From the NCBI RefSeq assembly GCF_032191835.1, contig NC_083223.1:229524001-229588000 (forward strand): 64,000 nucleotides of DNA, written 5' to 3'. The notes beneath the pieces are model-generated. The model ran no database searches and was not told the DNA's origin. It saw only the letters and a program-made list of their open reading frames with translations. The DNA is from Heteronotia binoei (Eukaryota). Both the position numbers and the translations under genes were made by a program. Of this stretch, positions 1 to 13,700 are shown piece after piece; within the stretch, counting starts at the first letter, position 1; every line of letters starts with the position of its first letter.

Positions 1-796
1 TCCTGGAGCTCAGCCTGCAGTGATGAGCTTCCTATTCTGAAGTTCAAAAGAAGGCTGATTTGTATCTCTGTGCTCCCTCCCCATCTCTCTGCTTTCCTGT
101 GCCTTTCCCCAACTGGGAGCAACAGGGAATGTGCGCAGCTCGTACACGCTGGCTGCGGGAGACATGTCCTGGCCACCCTCCTCTCTCCCCACTGTGAAAG
201 GACTCTAACTGTCCTTGCAGCCTGTGCAGTCTAGGGGCCTCTCCTTCAACCCACCCAAGAACTCACCATTCAGGCTCATGGTGATGGAAAACAAGGCAGC
301 ACATGGAGCCCCCAGCTCTTCATGGCCAGACTGAGGGCTGCTGGGAGCAGGGGGTGGGGCTGGCTGCCCACCTACCTACTCAATCTTTGGAATCTTGGAG
401 TCTCTGAGGACCGTAGTGCTCAGGCACCACCTGACCAGGCTCTGAGTGCTCCCACTGCAGCCATGACCATGCTCAGCCTTCCAGGGACCAGGAAGGCTGA
501 GCAAGGCTGGGGGGGGGGCAGTAGCAGTGAGTACACTTGAAGCCAAGATCCAAGCAGCCCGCTGCCATGCCTCCCCCCCACCACTGGAGGAAATGGCAGC
601 TCTGGCACACGGGGGTGGGGGGCAGGGCTCTGCCTGGGGCAGCAGAACCCCCATTGCCAGCACTTTTGTCAGCATTACAACTTATCTCCTGGGTTCAGTA
701 AAAGCAGACTACCTTCTGGTTAGCTGAAGGAAGGATGATATATTTCAGAATGAAGATCAATTAGAAAGCTGTTTCTTGTTGTGATGGTAGCATGGT

Positions 797-998
797 TAGG
801 TTTGCCAACTCTGGACTGAAGATTTTGTAGGTAGAGACTGGGTATGTTGGGGTTTGGAGAGTGGAGGGACCTCAGGAATCTAACGCCATAGAAACTACCC
901 TCCCAAGCAGCAATTTCTTCCAGGTGAACTGATCTTGGTTGACCGAAGATCAATTGTAGTTGGAGATTTCCAGGTGCCACCTGGAGGATGGCACCCTA
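797..998. mobile_element. hAT-type MITE of the abundant TAGGGTTGCCA family (other copies or pieces near 1707-1927, 3782-3950, 9135-9360, 31900-32082, 46335-46620, 53164-53539)
   Basis: TIR TAGGTTTGCCA/TGGCACCCTA; 8-bp flanks AGCATGGT/AGCATGGA; recurrent body. Confidence 0.78.
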
Positions 999-3000
999 AG
1001 CATGGAGAAAGTACCATGGTTTGTTGTGTGTAGATTCTGACACATTTCATTAGGTTTAAAATATACTGGAGAGACATTTGAGAAGTCTGAAGAATAAAGA
1101 TGTGATCATCTGCAAGCTTCATTATAGCCAGAGCCACACATCTTCCACCACAGCACTGAAATAATTAATTGGTAGAACTTGACGTGGGATGTGGACCAAT
1201 TCCCCAAATCAAAATAAGATATTAATGAGTGTGTGCCAAAGTCAAGCTGGCTGCTTCAGTATATACAGCTGACAATACAGCATACTTCTTACCACACCAC
1301 TGTACAATGTGCTTTCAATGGCTTTGTAAAGACTGTTCAGATGGCATATCAGGGGAGAATAAAATGTGCACAGGGGGCAACAAGACTGTACCTACTGGCT
1401 TTGTCTTGACTCTGTGCATTCTGTGCTATGTGTACAAACCTATGCATGTGCAAATAAATATGGACATAAGTTTGGAATGTGCCATCAGGAACTCTGCATT
1501 TGCCAGGAGTCTCCGTTGCATGAACAAAGCTGATTCTTGTAGGCTCTGTTCACAAGTTGTGCAGAATTAGATGGGAGGCATGATCCTTCTCCCCTTGCCC
1601 CATGGAACTTAGGAACAGTCCTGTATTGATGAGGTAAATGTGCTTCAACTGAGAATTAACTTTGGATATAAAAATCATATAACAATGTTAAACCCACATC
1701 AAATATGTAGGTTGCCAGCTTGGGCTTAGGAAATTTTTGGAGATCGGGGGAGTGATGGTACCTGCAGAGGGCAGAGTTGGGAAAGGAAGGAGCTCATCAG
1801 GGATGTGATACTATAAAATCTGTCATCCAGAGCTGCCATTTCCTCCAAGGAAACTGATTTCTGTAACCTGGAGATCACTTATAATTCCAGGAGAACTCCA
1901 GGGCCCACCTGGAGGCTGGTAACCCTACTAAATACTGGCTATTTTCCACATTCTAGTTGGGCTTTGTGAGTCAGCCACATTATCTGGGACGCCAGCCATC
2001 AATCCATTTCATTTATACCTTGGTCTGGAAAAACCAGCAGCCCTTTAAGAATTCAGCCATGAAATCATACTTTGGCCCATGGGATATTTTAATGCAAAGA
2101 TCTCATCACTGGCAACAAATGCCACCTTCTGTTTCCTCCCCCACCAGCACCTGAAGCTGTTATTCAGACACTTTATTATTTTTTTAAAAAGGTGGCAACG
2201 CCCTTAAGTGTTTCAATGTTATACATTCCGTGCATGTTTTTACACTTATGCTTTTCAACGTTAATCATCAAATTAAAATTAGAACACAAGTCACAAGGTT
2301 GATCAACTTCAAAGAGAAAAAAGGCCAATTGATTAAATAGCATGACTGAATAGGTAAACAGAAAGAGGTGAAGTTTTTTATTGAATGGATTCATCTTTTC
2401 TCCCTCACTGGCCAGTTATTACCACAAAAATGCTTTAAAGGGAACTACAGGTATCGATACCTTCAAAGGTAGTCCTGAGCAATTTATATTTCATCATGCT
2501 AAAGACAGGTCACTGGGCAGAAGGGCCATAGCCAGCAGTGGGGCACACAGGGCAGTGCCCCCTACTGAATTTGAGGCACCCCACCCCAATCTTCCCTGAT
2601 CAGCTGCTTAAGTTCCTTACCCCATGCCCGGCAGGCAGTCACCAGCTCTTCCTTCTTCTTGGCAGGCCAGGTGCTGTTTCTGCTGTGATGCTGCCATGCC
2701 AGCCTGAAGCAATTTCATGGCTTAAGCAATACATGGCATGCCAAGAAGCAGAAAGAGCTGGTGACTGACTGCCCGCTGGGCATGGGTTAAAGAGTTGCTC
2801 CTCTCCCTCCCTCCAATGTGCCTGTGCCAGGGCAGCAGGGGAGGATCTTACTGCTGGCATGATGTGACCCATCGTGGCCTGGGTCACATGATAGGTTACA
2901 TGACACTATCAGCAAGATCCTTCTCTGCTGTCCTGATACAGGCACACTGCAGTGAGACACAAGGGTGGGTCATTCTTTTTTTTCTTTTCTTTTCTTTTTT

Positions 3001-3268
3001 ACTGCAGATTTATATCCCGCCCTTCTCTCTGAATCAGAAACTCAGAGCGGCTTACGATCTCCTATATCTCTCCCCCAACAACAGACACCCTGTGAGGTGG
3101 GTGGGACTGAGAGAGCTCTCACAAAAGCTGCCCTTTCAAGGACAACTCCTACAAGAGCTGTGGCTGACCCAAGGCCATTCCAGCAGCTGCAAGTGGAGGA
3201 GTGGGGAATAAAACCTGGTTCTCCCAGATAAGAGTCTGTGCACTTAACCACCACACCAAACTGGCTCT
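3001..3268 (-). mobile_element. tRNA-headed SINE with L2-type tail (Squam3-like); further copies near 23305-23425, 25622-25822, 30772-31016 and 42500-42570
   Basis: Minus head AGAGCCAGTTTGGTGTGGTGGTTAAG...GGTTT.ATTCCCC and tail GGGCGGGATATAAAT. Recurs several times in the window. Confidence 0.75.
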
Positions 3269-4208
3269 GCCCTGCCATGCCTCATTTATTTAAATTCAAT
3301 TCAATTCAATTAGCAATGTGAGGTGCACCCCAGTGCCCTGGCACCCCCCCTGTGAAAAAATTAATGGCTATGACCTTATCCAGTCACTTTCACATAGCCA
3401 GAGGGATCTGTTTGGCTTTGTGGGTCACAATCTGCGCTTGTGCAGACCTGTTCTAAATCAATCTGAACTTGCTTCTTAAGAAATCATTACATGTCATACA
3501 GCACTTAGCATACTAATGGTGCTAATTAAGAGTTTAGAATTAGCAGTAGTATTTTTTTCAAGCAAAGCATGTTCCCTTTCTATGAAGACAAAAATCTCCA
3601 GCTGGTTGTAACCAGTCTTTCCCCAAGCATCAGTCTCTTTACACTATCTTGTATACTATACATGATTCCCGCCACCTCCCCCCCTCACCGCATTTACTTC
3701 AGTAGCCTCTACCAGTAAGTAAGGCTGGAGTATTGACAAGTACCTGTGAGGCTGGGGGGTGGTACAATGAGATTGGAGGAGGTAAGGTTGCCAAACCAAG
3801 TCTGGCAATCAGAGGAAGAGGTTGGGAGTGGGGACATGGGCGGGGAGGGTTTAAAAATTGTAGAGTTTCCAGTGATTCCTAGAGCTATCCACTGTTGTTT
3901 CCAGGTTGAACTCAGAAATGATATATCACACAGAGGATGCTAGCAGGTTTTTAAAAATTCTCCCAGGCAATGGCAGCAATTGGAAGGAGGCCTCCCTCCA
4001 CACTGGGAGGCCCGACAACCCTACGATAGAGGGGTTTTGACAACCTTTTGCACTTCTACTTATGCTGACAAGGTTAAGGCTTTCCAAGGCTCAGGGGCAA
4101 AAAATAAGTGTTCTGCAGATTTTAGGCAAAGTACCAAACACATTTTTGAATCAAGCCTCTGTGTGTGTGTGCACATGTTCCAAAAAGATCCACCAACCAC
4201 TACTCATG

Positions 4209-4494
4209 GGTAGTTTTCGTACTCACCTTAATCAGCAGCGACGACCCTCTTCACCGCGCAGGATCTGCGCGGATTTTGCACTAATTGCCGCGGAGCACCC
4301 AGAAGAGCCGGAAAGTCCCGGCGCTTTTGCGGCGCAAACGGAAACTGCCAAAAAACAGTTTCCGTTTGTGCCGCAAAAGCGCCGGGACTTTCCGGCTCTT
4401 CTGGGTGCTCCGCGGCAATTAGTGCGAAATCCGCGCAGATCCTGCGCGGTGAAGAGGGTCGTCGCTGCTGATTAAGGTGAGTGCGAAAACGACC
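4209..4494. mobile_element. Palindromic PIF/Harbinger-type MITE
   Basis: 139-bp arms with 4 mismatches around an 8-nt loop; GG...CC termini; 3-bp flanking duplication ATG. Confidence 0.8.
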
Positions 4495-4801
4495 ATGGAC
4501 TTGTCATTCCCTGTCCTCTAGGTATCCTGTTTTCCTCAAGGGAGCCCAACCACAGTTTGAGAACTACTAGCCTAAATCCAACCCCAGTGTCATTGAGCTA
4601 AGAATATTTCAGCCACCCCTCATATATTCTGCTTCATATCAGTAGGACTCACCTCTGTGTGATATGTTTTGAATCAAGTATAAGACTTGTGAATTGCAGT
4701 CATACTCAGTATTGCAAGCCTGCACAATTTGACCCTGCAAACTAAATGCAACCAGCCAATCACATATTGTTGCTTGCCTGCAGGGACACCAATAATGGAT
4801 G

Positions 4802-5248
4802 TCGTTTCAGATCGTAGCCATGTTGGTTCATAATAGGACAGCTAGATTTCAGTCCAATAGCACCTTAGAACCTAACAAGATTGGGGGCAGGGTATAAACT
4901 TTCAAGAGTCAAAGCTCCCTTCATCAGATATGAGTTGTGAATCAAGTTCAGCAGTCTCACAACACAAGTTCAGAACAATGGATGCATGCAGGATTGAATA
5001 GGGACATATCAGCCTTATCTCTCTACAGATGCTAATTTTTTGCCCCCATGCATTTCCCCTCTACTCTAATCAAGCTAATGCACATTGTATCTCTGCATCC
5101 TGAGTTCTTTGTTTGCAACACTTCTCCCACCTTCTAAATGGGATCTCCATTCCAAGTTGTATTCGATAAAGGGAGCTTTGACTTTTGAAAACATACACCC
5201 CCAGAATCTCATTGGTCTCTAAGGTGCTACTGGCATCAAATTGAGCAC
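4802..5248. mobile_element. Second Penelope-like remnant with inverted pseudo-LTRs (different family)
   Basis: About 4855-4927 is inverted relative to about 5160-5235. 9-bp flanking duplication TAATGGATG (4793-4801, 5249-5257). Minus-strand CTGATGA...GAAA core at 4927-4900. Confidence 0.72.
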
Positions 5249-6484
5249 TAATGGATGGCAATTTCAGGCATATGGTTGAGGCAACAGATGTACATGTAAC
5301 TTGGCCTCCCTACCACAGCCTTTCTCTGTATGGGCCAGTTCTGAGAAGTTTGTGCTCAGCGGCACTGGTCTCTGACTTTGTGTTTCCTAGCTGATGGCTT
5401 TTTGTTTAAAATTTTATTTTAACTGTTTAATACACTTATGCAGGGTTGTTTTGCAGAAAAATAGGTAGTGAAGCTCATCAGCATAACTCATTAGCATATG
5501 CTGCCCTCCCCCACCAGCCAAAAGCAACCTGATATAAGAAAAGAGAGCCCCTGGCGAGTGAGCCCGGCTTGGGCTGGCTAGAGCCCCTCACTCCCCTGGG
5601 GCTCTCCTGGGCCCCACAGTCAAAAGGCCAGCAAGCCACCTGCCGCCCAAAATCACATAAGAAGTGGAGAAAGGGTGGTGTGGGCTTCTCCAGGGGTTAA
5701 TGAGGGCTGCTGGGGGTGTGGCAAAGCTCCTGTTGGCTGACTGGCTGCCCATTCTCCAAATCCAGGGACTGTTATGCAGCTGCACCTACTATTCAATGGA
5801 CAAGGTAGGTGAAGAGGAGAAGGGGGGTGTCAGAAAAGTTCAGGAGCTGTGCTCCTATGAGCTCCTGCAGAATCTGAGGCCTGTACTTATGTTTTAACTA
5901 ATTATGTTATTTTTATATATTGTAATCCACTCTGAGCCTGCTTGTGAGGAGGGCAGAATATAAAAAAATAAAGGTTGAGGGCCCACTGCCTCAAGATGAT
6001 CCATCACGACCCATTAGCAAGCAATCTGTGACAATATCACTGCTTGGCCATAGAGGCAGCCTCCACCATATATCTTTGGGTCAGCATTGCAGATAGGGCC
6101 ATTTCAGATCCTGCCCCCTTCCAGAAGTCATGCTCTGCCATTGCCGTAAGTGGTATGGCAGCAGCTCCTCCAGCGCTCCAGATGTCCTTCAGGGTTAGAA
6201 GGTAGCCAAAAGCATGAACTGCTATTGTTTGGCACTGTTAGAAGTGAACCTTTGCCCTCTCAAGCACTCCTATCTGTAGTGCCACGGTGCTCCTTTCCAT
6301 AGCAGCCATTTGCTCACTCGTCCTTCTGAACTGCCAAGTGGTAGTAGCAACTGGAGTAGCAACAGCATCAGACTTTCCTGCTCCTTCTTCAGGGTGGCAG
6401 AAATTCCAGACTTCTGCTTTCTCACTACAGAACAGCCGAGTGGGTCGTACTTTTGCTAGTGAGCTGTCCCATTGTTTTTATTTA

Positions 6485-6680
6485 TTTTTATTTATTTAGA
6501 ATTTATATCCTCCATCTTTAAGGACGGCTCCAATAACACCCCCAAGCTCTTGACCCTGTCCGCCGCTACCAGCGGCGCACTGTCAAAGGCTGGTAGGGGG
6601 ATTCCCCTTCCCGGGCCGCTGCGACCCAGGCAAAGGACCTCTGTCTTCGCGGGATTAAGCTTCATGGTGTCAAACCAGGA
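6485..6680 (-). mobile_element. L2 LINE fragment (tail joined directly to the post-RT region)
   Basis: MKLNPAKTEVLCLGR...VKSLGVLLEPSL followed by a (TAAA)n-type tail. Confidence 0.75.
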
Positions 6681-7479
6681 AGGGTGGGAGTTTTGGAGGG
6701 TAAATGTATGATCAGTGCTAGCACCTGATTGCAGCACTGGCTGCAGGGCAAGCGAGGAAGGAGGAGTTCTTGTTTGATGCCTTTTTAAATCACAAGACAG
6801 CTTCTCAACACCAGAACTGGCCCTGCTTACCAAGCTCTTGACATTCTTACGTTGTGCCAGAGACACCAAGGTTGACTTAGATTTTTGTGCTGCTTGATGG
6901 CTGAGTCCAGCTTGAGACAATAACAGTTGTGCAAGCCTTGAATCCAACAGTAGTACAAACCACCATGGCATAGCAAGACAGCCTGAACATTTCATCCTGA
7001 ACACAACTTGCACTAAAAACGTGCATTTAAATTCAATTGGTTAATTTACACGTAAACTACCATTTAAGTGCTGTGATGATATAAAGTGCTGCATGGGAGC
7101 CAATTATTGCAACAATTAATTACAGTACAGCACAAACAAATGGAGACATGTAAATCAGCTTGTCGGCAGAGGAGAACAGACTCCGATGATTATATTTGAG
7201 AAGATAAGTTAACGTTCTCAGGTTCAATTTGTGCCATCAATGTACATTTCTCCATCAATGGCACCTCTGTTAATAATGTAAAACAAGTCCGGCTTACAGC
7301 TGTGGCACAGAACAAATAGTTGACAGCAGGCAAGATAGGAAACTGTCATCACTGGAGTGCAAATAAACAGAACACAGCAAGAGGGAGGGTACAGACATCC
7401 CCCCTCCCCAGGATCAGGTATAGAAATATTTAATTTGTATTAGAGGAGCATGTGACAAGATTACAAAACAGCTCTGTAC

Positions 7480-7653
7480 CTTCACATCCTCGTTCAATCT
7501 GCCCATTGCAAAACAGAGCATCTGAGATCAGGTCTGGAAGGCGCCCGTTCAGGTCCACCGAGGCAAGGCAGCCCTGAAACCCCTCCTTTGCATGGACCAG
7601 CTTCGGCAAGGATTTGTAGGTTTCTTTTGCCACTCCTCCAATGTACAGGTCAC
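7480..7653 (-). CDS. NRXN1: Neurexin-1-alpha internal coding exon (174 nt; end of LNS5, just before EGF3)
   Basis: Translates (S)[57 protein letters not shown](G), matching NRXN1 as I recall it. Acceptor CAG|GT at 7654/7653, donor GAAG|GTAC at 7480/7479. In frame with the 49013 exon. Confidence 0.97.
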
Positions 7654-10229
7654 CTGTGGAGCCAAGGAACACATTGAGTTTGAGTTGTTTTACCTTGCCA
7701 TATGGATTCCCAGTCTTTCCCTGAGAAGGACAGGATGGAACATGTGAAGGCTTACTTGCATTTCATCTTTATGGGAAAGGCTTGAAGATAACAACGTGTA
7801 AAAAGGAATCTAGTGGTCATTGTGACTGAGTTAGTAGAACAGCATAAAAGGAGTACTTCTGGTCACACTAATAGTTCATCTAGCTCAGCATCCTGTTTCC
7901 CACAGTGGCCAACAAGTTTCCTGGATGGCATTGCACAGTTGTCGCACTTAAGTACTTATAGTAGTATTTCTTTTGAGCATGGAGATTCCACGCAGACGTC
8001 ATGACTCTGTCTACTCCTGTTTTAAAGTTGTCTTAAACTAGTGGACATCACTATATCCCATGGTAGTGAGCTCCACAAGCAAATTATGCATTGTGTGAAG
8101 AATTACACATGGATACATGAAATGACTTTATACTGAGTTGCTCTTTTGTCTACTCTGAGTGACAGCAGCTCTTCAAGGTCTCAGGCAGAAGTAACATCAC
8201 CTGTTACTTGATCCTTTTAACTGGAGATGACAGGAGTTGGACCAATGGACTTTTTTTCCTATCCGAAATCCAAGGAAAATGACCAGCCGCACAGAAGTTT
8301 CTGTCTCTGGATTACACTTTCACTGCTGGGCATTTAAACCCAGATCTCCCTACTTTGTCAACACTGCCTCTTCAGATTATCTTCTTCTGAGGAAGCTATA
8401 AAGTGATGCTGTAGGTGTAATCACAGAATCTCCCCTATAATATAATTATCCAGACAGACTGGCCATGGGTTCACCTAATCTCCCATTGTTGCTCAATCTC
8501 AATGGAGAGCAACCCCCCACCCTCCAGCCCCAGGACAGACAAGGGTTGAGCCATTGTTTCACAGAGGAGAGAAAGAAACCCTTCCCTCAGTTGGCTGAGG
8601 GCTCCGCCATCTCCTCATCTGGAAGGAAAACAGCTAGAGACAGAGGGAAAAAATGGTGTCTTGTGGCAGCAGACCAGATTCAGGAAGGGAGGGAGGAAGG
8701 GAAAGAGAGAAGACCAACAATGTTACCAGAGAGACAGTGTTGTCTGAACATATCACTGAAGGCCTCTGAGGAAGAACTCATTGGGGCCAGTTGTGACTAG
8801 GGCTGCCAGTTCCAGGTTGGTGGGAAATTCCTGGAGATTTTGTGATGGAGCTTGAGGAGGGCATAGGAGTTAGGGCTTTAGAACAGGGTCTGCCAGACCA
8901 AGGTTCTTGCTGTGGAAGCTGACTGGGTGATTTTGGACCAGTCACATACTTTCAGCCTAACCTACCTCACAGGGTTGTGCAGACCAAAGTGGGTGGGGGA
9001 AGAGGAGAATGATGTAAGCTGCTTTGGTTCCCCCTCACTGTGAAGAAAGACTGCCCTTTTCCTAGGTAGAGGTTACAGGGAGAGGAGAGGTGATGGAAAG
9101 CTGAAGTCAAAAGGGCAGTTAAAGAGAAGGAGATAGAGTTGCCAACTCCGGGTTAAGAAATTCCTGGAGATTTAAGGGATGGAACCTGGAGGAGGTGAGG
9201 CTTGAGGAGAGGTGGGACCTCAGGCAGGTACAATGCCATACACTCCACCCTTCAAACCAGCCATTTCCTCCTAGGGAACCATTGCTGCCAATCTCCAGGT
9301 GAGGGCTGGAGATCACTCAAAATTACAGCTGCTCTCCAGATAGCAGAGATCAGCTCCCCTTGAGGTGGGGAGAGTGAATGCCTTCACTTGGGTGGGAAGG
9401 CAGCAAGGGTGGGGGGGCACTCACCTAGAGCCTCTTTCTAGAGCCCGTTATATTTTTTTCTTCACAACAGCCCTCATTTCGAGTTTAGAATAAAAATACA
9501 ATCCCTGCTTTAAAGAGCTAAAACAACAAGTATACCAAGACAACCAGCATTCTAGAAGAGGAAAAGACAGACCCTTTATGATTAGACTAGCAATACAATC
9601 CTAAGAACACTTTCCTGGGAATAAGCATCATTGGATAGAATGGGGTAGGACTATAAATATTGCAATTATAACCAGGTATGCCAAGATGTCACCAGGAACA
9701 GTAACTGTTTGGTACAGAGATCTTTGTTTGCTGATACATGTAATGATCTTTGAATCCAAGTTGTGAAGCATTAAGTCTCAGAGTTCTCTATGTTAACTGC
9801 TTACTATTAATAAATGTAGTGTGTGTGCATGTTTGTGTTTGTTTTGATGCCTTCTCTGATGTGCATAAACTCCATATGACAAGTATAGATATGGAGAATG
9901 GAGCAGGATCATTACAAAAAGGTTATATTTTCTGAGCAGAGTTGCTTTACATTAGGACCCCATTATATTGTTTGAAAGAATACATCACACATACAGGCAA
10001 ATTCATTTCATTCTGAATGAATTTAGCATGCTGAACTCTAAATCATTTTTATGATACTTGTCTAACATATGAATACATGATTGGTTAAGCCAACTAGTAT
10101 TTAGTCACTGGAGATCAATATGAAAAACTGACTCAGATAAAAGCTACCTTTGAATCCCTTCTCACCACTGTTTAAGTAATCTATTCCCAAACAACAAGGT
10201 GATGGTTACGGCAAGAGACAATGACTGAG

Positions 10230-10708
10230 TGTCAGCGTAGGGGCATTGGAGTTCCAAGAATGAATAGACTTATTTTAGTTTAAAAATAAGTTTCCATTTA
10301 TTGATTACAACAATGTTGCACAGCGCAGAGTCATTGATACTAATGACGAAAGGGGTTCAAGCATAAGCATTTATGGATACACATCAAAGCAAGGAGCCTT
10401 AAGTTGCTTCCCATAATAAAACCTGGGCTGTCTCGTTGACAGAGAGCATTTCTCTTATCTGTTATCTCCCCGGCATGGCCTGTCTCTCCTCCTCGCTGTG
10501 GCCTTGCTAGGCCGGCCTGAGAACGAGTTAGATGTTTAACACTTCAAAGCTCTCTGGGAAGCTCTCTGGCACCTGGACTGTCTCTCCCAGCTATCCTTCA
10601 CATTTCGTTACAGTTTCAGGGTTAGTGAGGCGAGGTGCGAGGGTGTTAGTTAGCATTCAGATAAACATTTAGGGCAATAAAGACAAGCTTCAATGCACAT
10701 AGCTGACA
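10230..10708 (-). repeat. Gypsy 3' LTR
   Basis: TGTCAGC...GCTGACA termini. 6 substitutions versus 15621-16099 by manual comparison (about 1.3%). Minus-strand AATAAA at 10302-10297. Confidence 0.97.
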
Positions 10709-10724
10709 TACTGCCCCCCCCCTA
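10709..10724 (-). other. Polypurine tract of the Gypsy element
   Basis: Minus strand TAGGGGGGGGGCAGTA directly precedes the 3' LTR and overlaps the pol stop codon. Confidence 0.85.
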
Positions 10725-13700
10725 AGCTCTTGCTCGGGGTTTGTCTGGGTGCAGTAGGTAAAATTGCTTTAACAGTTGAGGAGCGTTTAGGTCGGAGGAT
10801 TTCACCCACTCATCACAACTAGGCGGGAAGTGGCGCCAGCGGATCAAATACTGTAGGACACCCCGCTGCAGCCTAGAATCTAAGATCTCCTTCACCTCGT
10901 GATGTTTCTGGCCCCTCACTAGAATAGGTTCCGGTTCGGGGCTCCGGAGATGCCACTTCGACCCACCCGGATCGCGACGGATCAGACTGCAATGGAAAAC
11001 AGGGTGTATTTTACTGAACAGTTTGGGCAGGTCTAGTTCGACTGTCACCTTGTTAATCACCTTCTTTATTCAGAATGATCCCAAGAAATGATACGCTAGT
11101 TTCCTGGAGGTCTGAGGTAGCGGGAGGTTCTTGGTGGACAAGAATACAGTCTCCCCCACCTTGAAATCCCACCCTGGGCTATGTTTTTTTGTCAAACTAA
11201 GCCTTGTAATCCCTTTTTGCTTCCTCCAGGTTGTCTTGTATCATTTCCCAGGATTTCTCCAGGTTCCCCCACCATTGTTGGCATTCGGGAGATAATGGCG
11301 TGTCCGTCCCCTCTGGGAGGGAAGGGAACGGTTTGCCCTCATAGCCATTTACTGCTTGGAAGGGGGAGACCTTGATGGAGCTATGCAAGCTGTTGTTGTA
11401 GCTGTATTCTGCAAAGGGCAATAAGTCCACCCAATTTGACTGTTGAAAGTTTATATAGCAGCGTAAATACTGCTCCAGAAGTCCATTAACCCTCTCACTC
11501 TGGCCGTCCATTTGCGGGTGGTAAGCTGAGCTGAGCCCTTGTTCCATGCCCGTTAATTTGCAAAACTCCCGCCAGAAGTTGGCAACGAACTGTGGCCCGC
11601 GGTCACTAATGACCTTATCGGGGAACGAGTGAACCCGGACCACGTGGAGGAAGAACAACTGGGCCAGTTCTTTTGCAGTAGGGAGTTTGCGGCAAGGAAT
11701 GAAATGCGCTTGCTTCGAGAAGGTATCTACCACTACTAGTATTACCGTTCGGCCACGAGATGGTGGTAGCTCTACTATAAAGTACATTGACACTACCGAT
11801 CACGGCCGTTCTGCGGAGGAGAGGGGCTGCAATAACTCCGACACTTTGCCCCCCCCTCCGTTTTGCCATTAAGCAAGTCGGGCAAGTCTGGATAAATTCT
11901 GAAATGTCTCTTTTCATATGGGGCCACCAGAACTGCCGGTGGACTAGGTGGAGGGTCTTCACGTACCCAAAATGCCCTGCTAGTTTGTTGGTGTGGCAGT
12001 GTTGTAGGACTTCTACCCACAGGGATTTCGGGACGTAAAGTTTTCCTTCGTGGTACCAGAACCCCCCTTCCCCCTTCTCTATTCCCGCGGGGCGGCTTTC
12101 CCCCTCGGCCTCCGCCTCGGCTTTGAGCTTGTTCCCCCCACACGGAATTGTGTCTTGGTTGGTCCTTTTTGATCTGGTTTGTACTGCCCCCGCTACGGCT
12201 TCGGAGGGAATTAGTGAGTCTATGACCTCTTCGCGCTTGCTTTTGTGTTGGGGAAGCCGCGAGAGGGCGTCGGCTAAGAAATTTTTCAATCCCGGGATAT
12301 GCCGTAGTGTAAAGTCGAATTTGGCAAAAAAACCCCGCCCAGCGGATCTGCTTCCCCGTCAGTTTTCGGCGCCCCGTGAGAGCCTCTAAGTTTTTGTGGT
12401 CTGTCCAGATCTCAAAGGGGACCCGGGCGCCTTCTAGCCACGATCGCCATGTTTTTAAGGCAAATGTGACTGCATAGGCCTCCTTGTCCACACTGACCAA
12501 TTCCGCTGTTCGTTTGAGAATTTGCGGGAGATGTAGGCGCACGGTCGCAAGCGCCCTTCCCTATCTTTCTGCATTAATATCACTCCCATGGCCGTGTCGG
12601 AAGCGTCACACTGGACCACGAAGGGTTCGAGCTCGTTCGGGTGCACTAGCACCGGCTCGCTGGTGAACAGGCGTTTGAGGGTGTCGAACGCCTGTTGGCA
12701 TTGACTGGTACAGTTTAGCTTGGCCCTGGGTTTTTTTTGCTTCAGGCCCCTTTCCTTTGGTCTACAGGAGGTCGGTCAGGGGGAGGGCAACCTTAGCGAA
12801 CCCCTGAATGAACCCCCTGTAAAAATTTGCGAAGCTGAGGAACGATTGGAGCTGTCTACGTGTCCTCGGGGGTTCCCACTCTAGCACGGCTTGTATCTTT
12901 GCCGGGTCCATGGCTAATCCCTGACCGGATACCCTGAACCCCAGGTAGTCTAATTCCTTTTGGTGGAACTCGCATTTCGACAGTTTGGCATACAGTTTGT
13001 TTTTATACAGAGTTTCTAAAACTTCTCGAACCAACTTCACGTGTGAGGGGAGGTCTTTTGAATAAATAATGATGTCATCCAGGTACACCACCACCCCCTG
13101 GCACAAAAACTTTCTCAGCACGTCATTGATAAAGTTCATGAACACTCCCGGGGCCCCCTGAAGTCCGAACGGCATTACTAAGTACTCAAACTGTCCCATC
13201 GGGGTGTTGAACGCAGTTTTCCACTAGTCCCCCTCCTTAATCCTTACTCTGAAGTACGCGTCTCGGAGATCTAGTTTGGTGAAAATGGATCCCTTCGAGA
13301 CCTCACTCAGGAGGTCCTTGATAAGGGGGAGGGGGTATGCATTGGACATGGAAAGCCCATTAATCCCGCGAAAATCAGTACAAAGTCTCAGACTCCCATC
13401 CTTTTTCTTTCGGAACAGAACCGGCACCGCATGGGGGGCCGTGGCCGGCCGGATGAAACCCCGCCAGAGGTTTTTGTCTAGGAATCTACGCAGCTTCTCT
13501 TTTTCGGCCCACCCCATGGAGTAGAGTTTGGCTTTGGGCAGTGCCTGGCCTGGGATCAGTTCTATGGCACAGTCCGTGCTCCTGTGCGGCGGTTATTCGT
13601 CCACCTTGATCTCGCTGAAAGCTCCCTTCAGGTCTCGGTATTCCCGTGGGATAGACTTTACCTCCTCTATGGTTACACATAGTCTCTCGTTCTTGGGGGG

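Noticed and set aside
1229-1570. Cys-rich 113-aa ORF
   Set aside because: Non-ATG start, no domain pattern and no splice context.
1-7479. Next NRXN1 exon (EGF3, PSTTCQEDSC...)
   Set aside because: Not found by eye; presumably lies before position 1.
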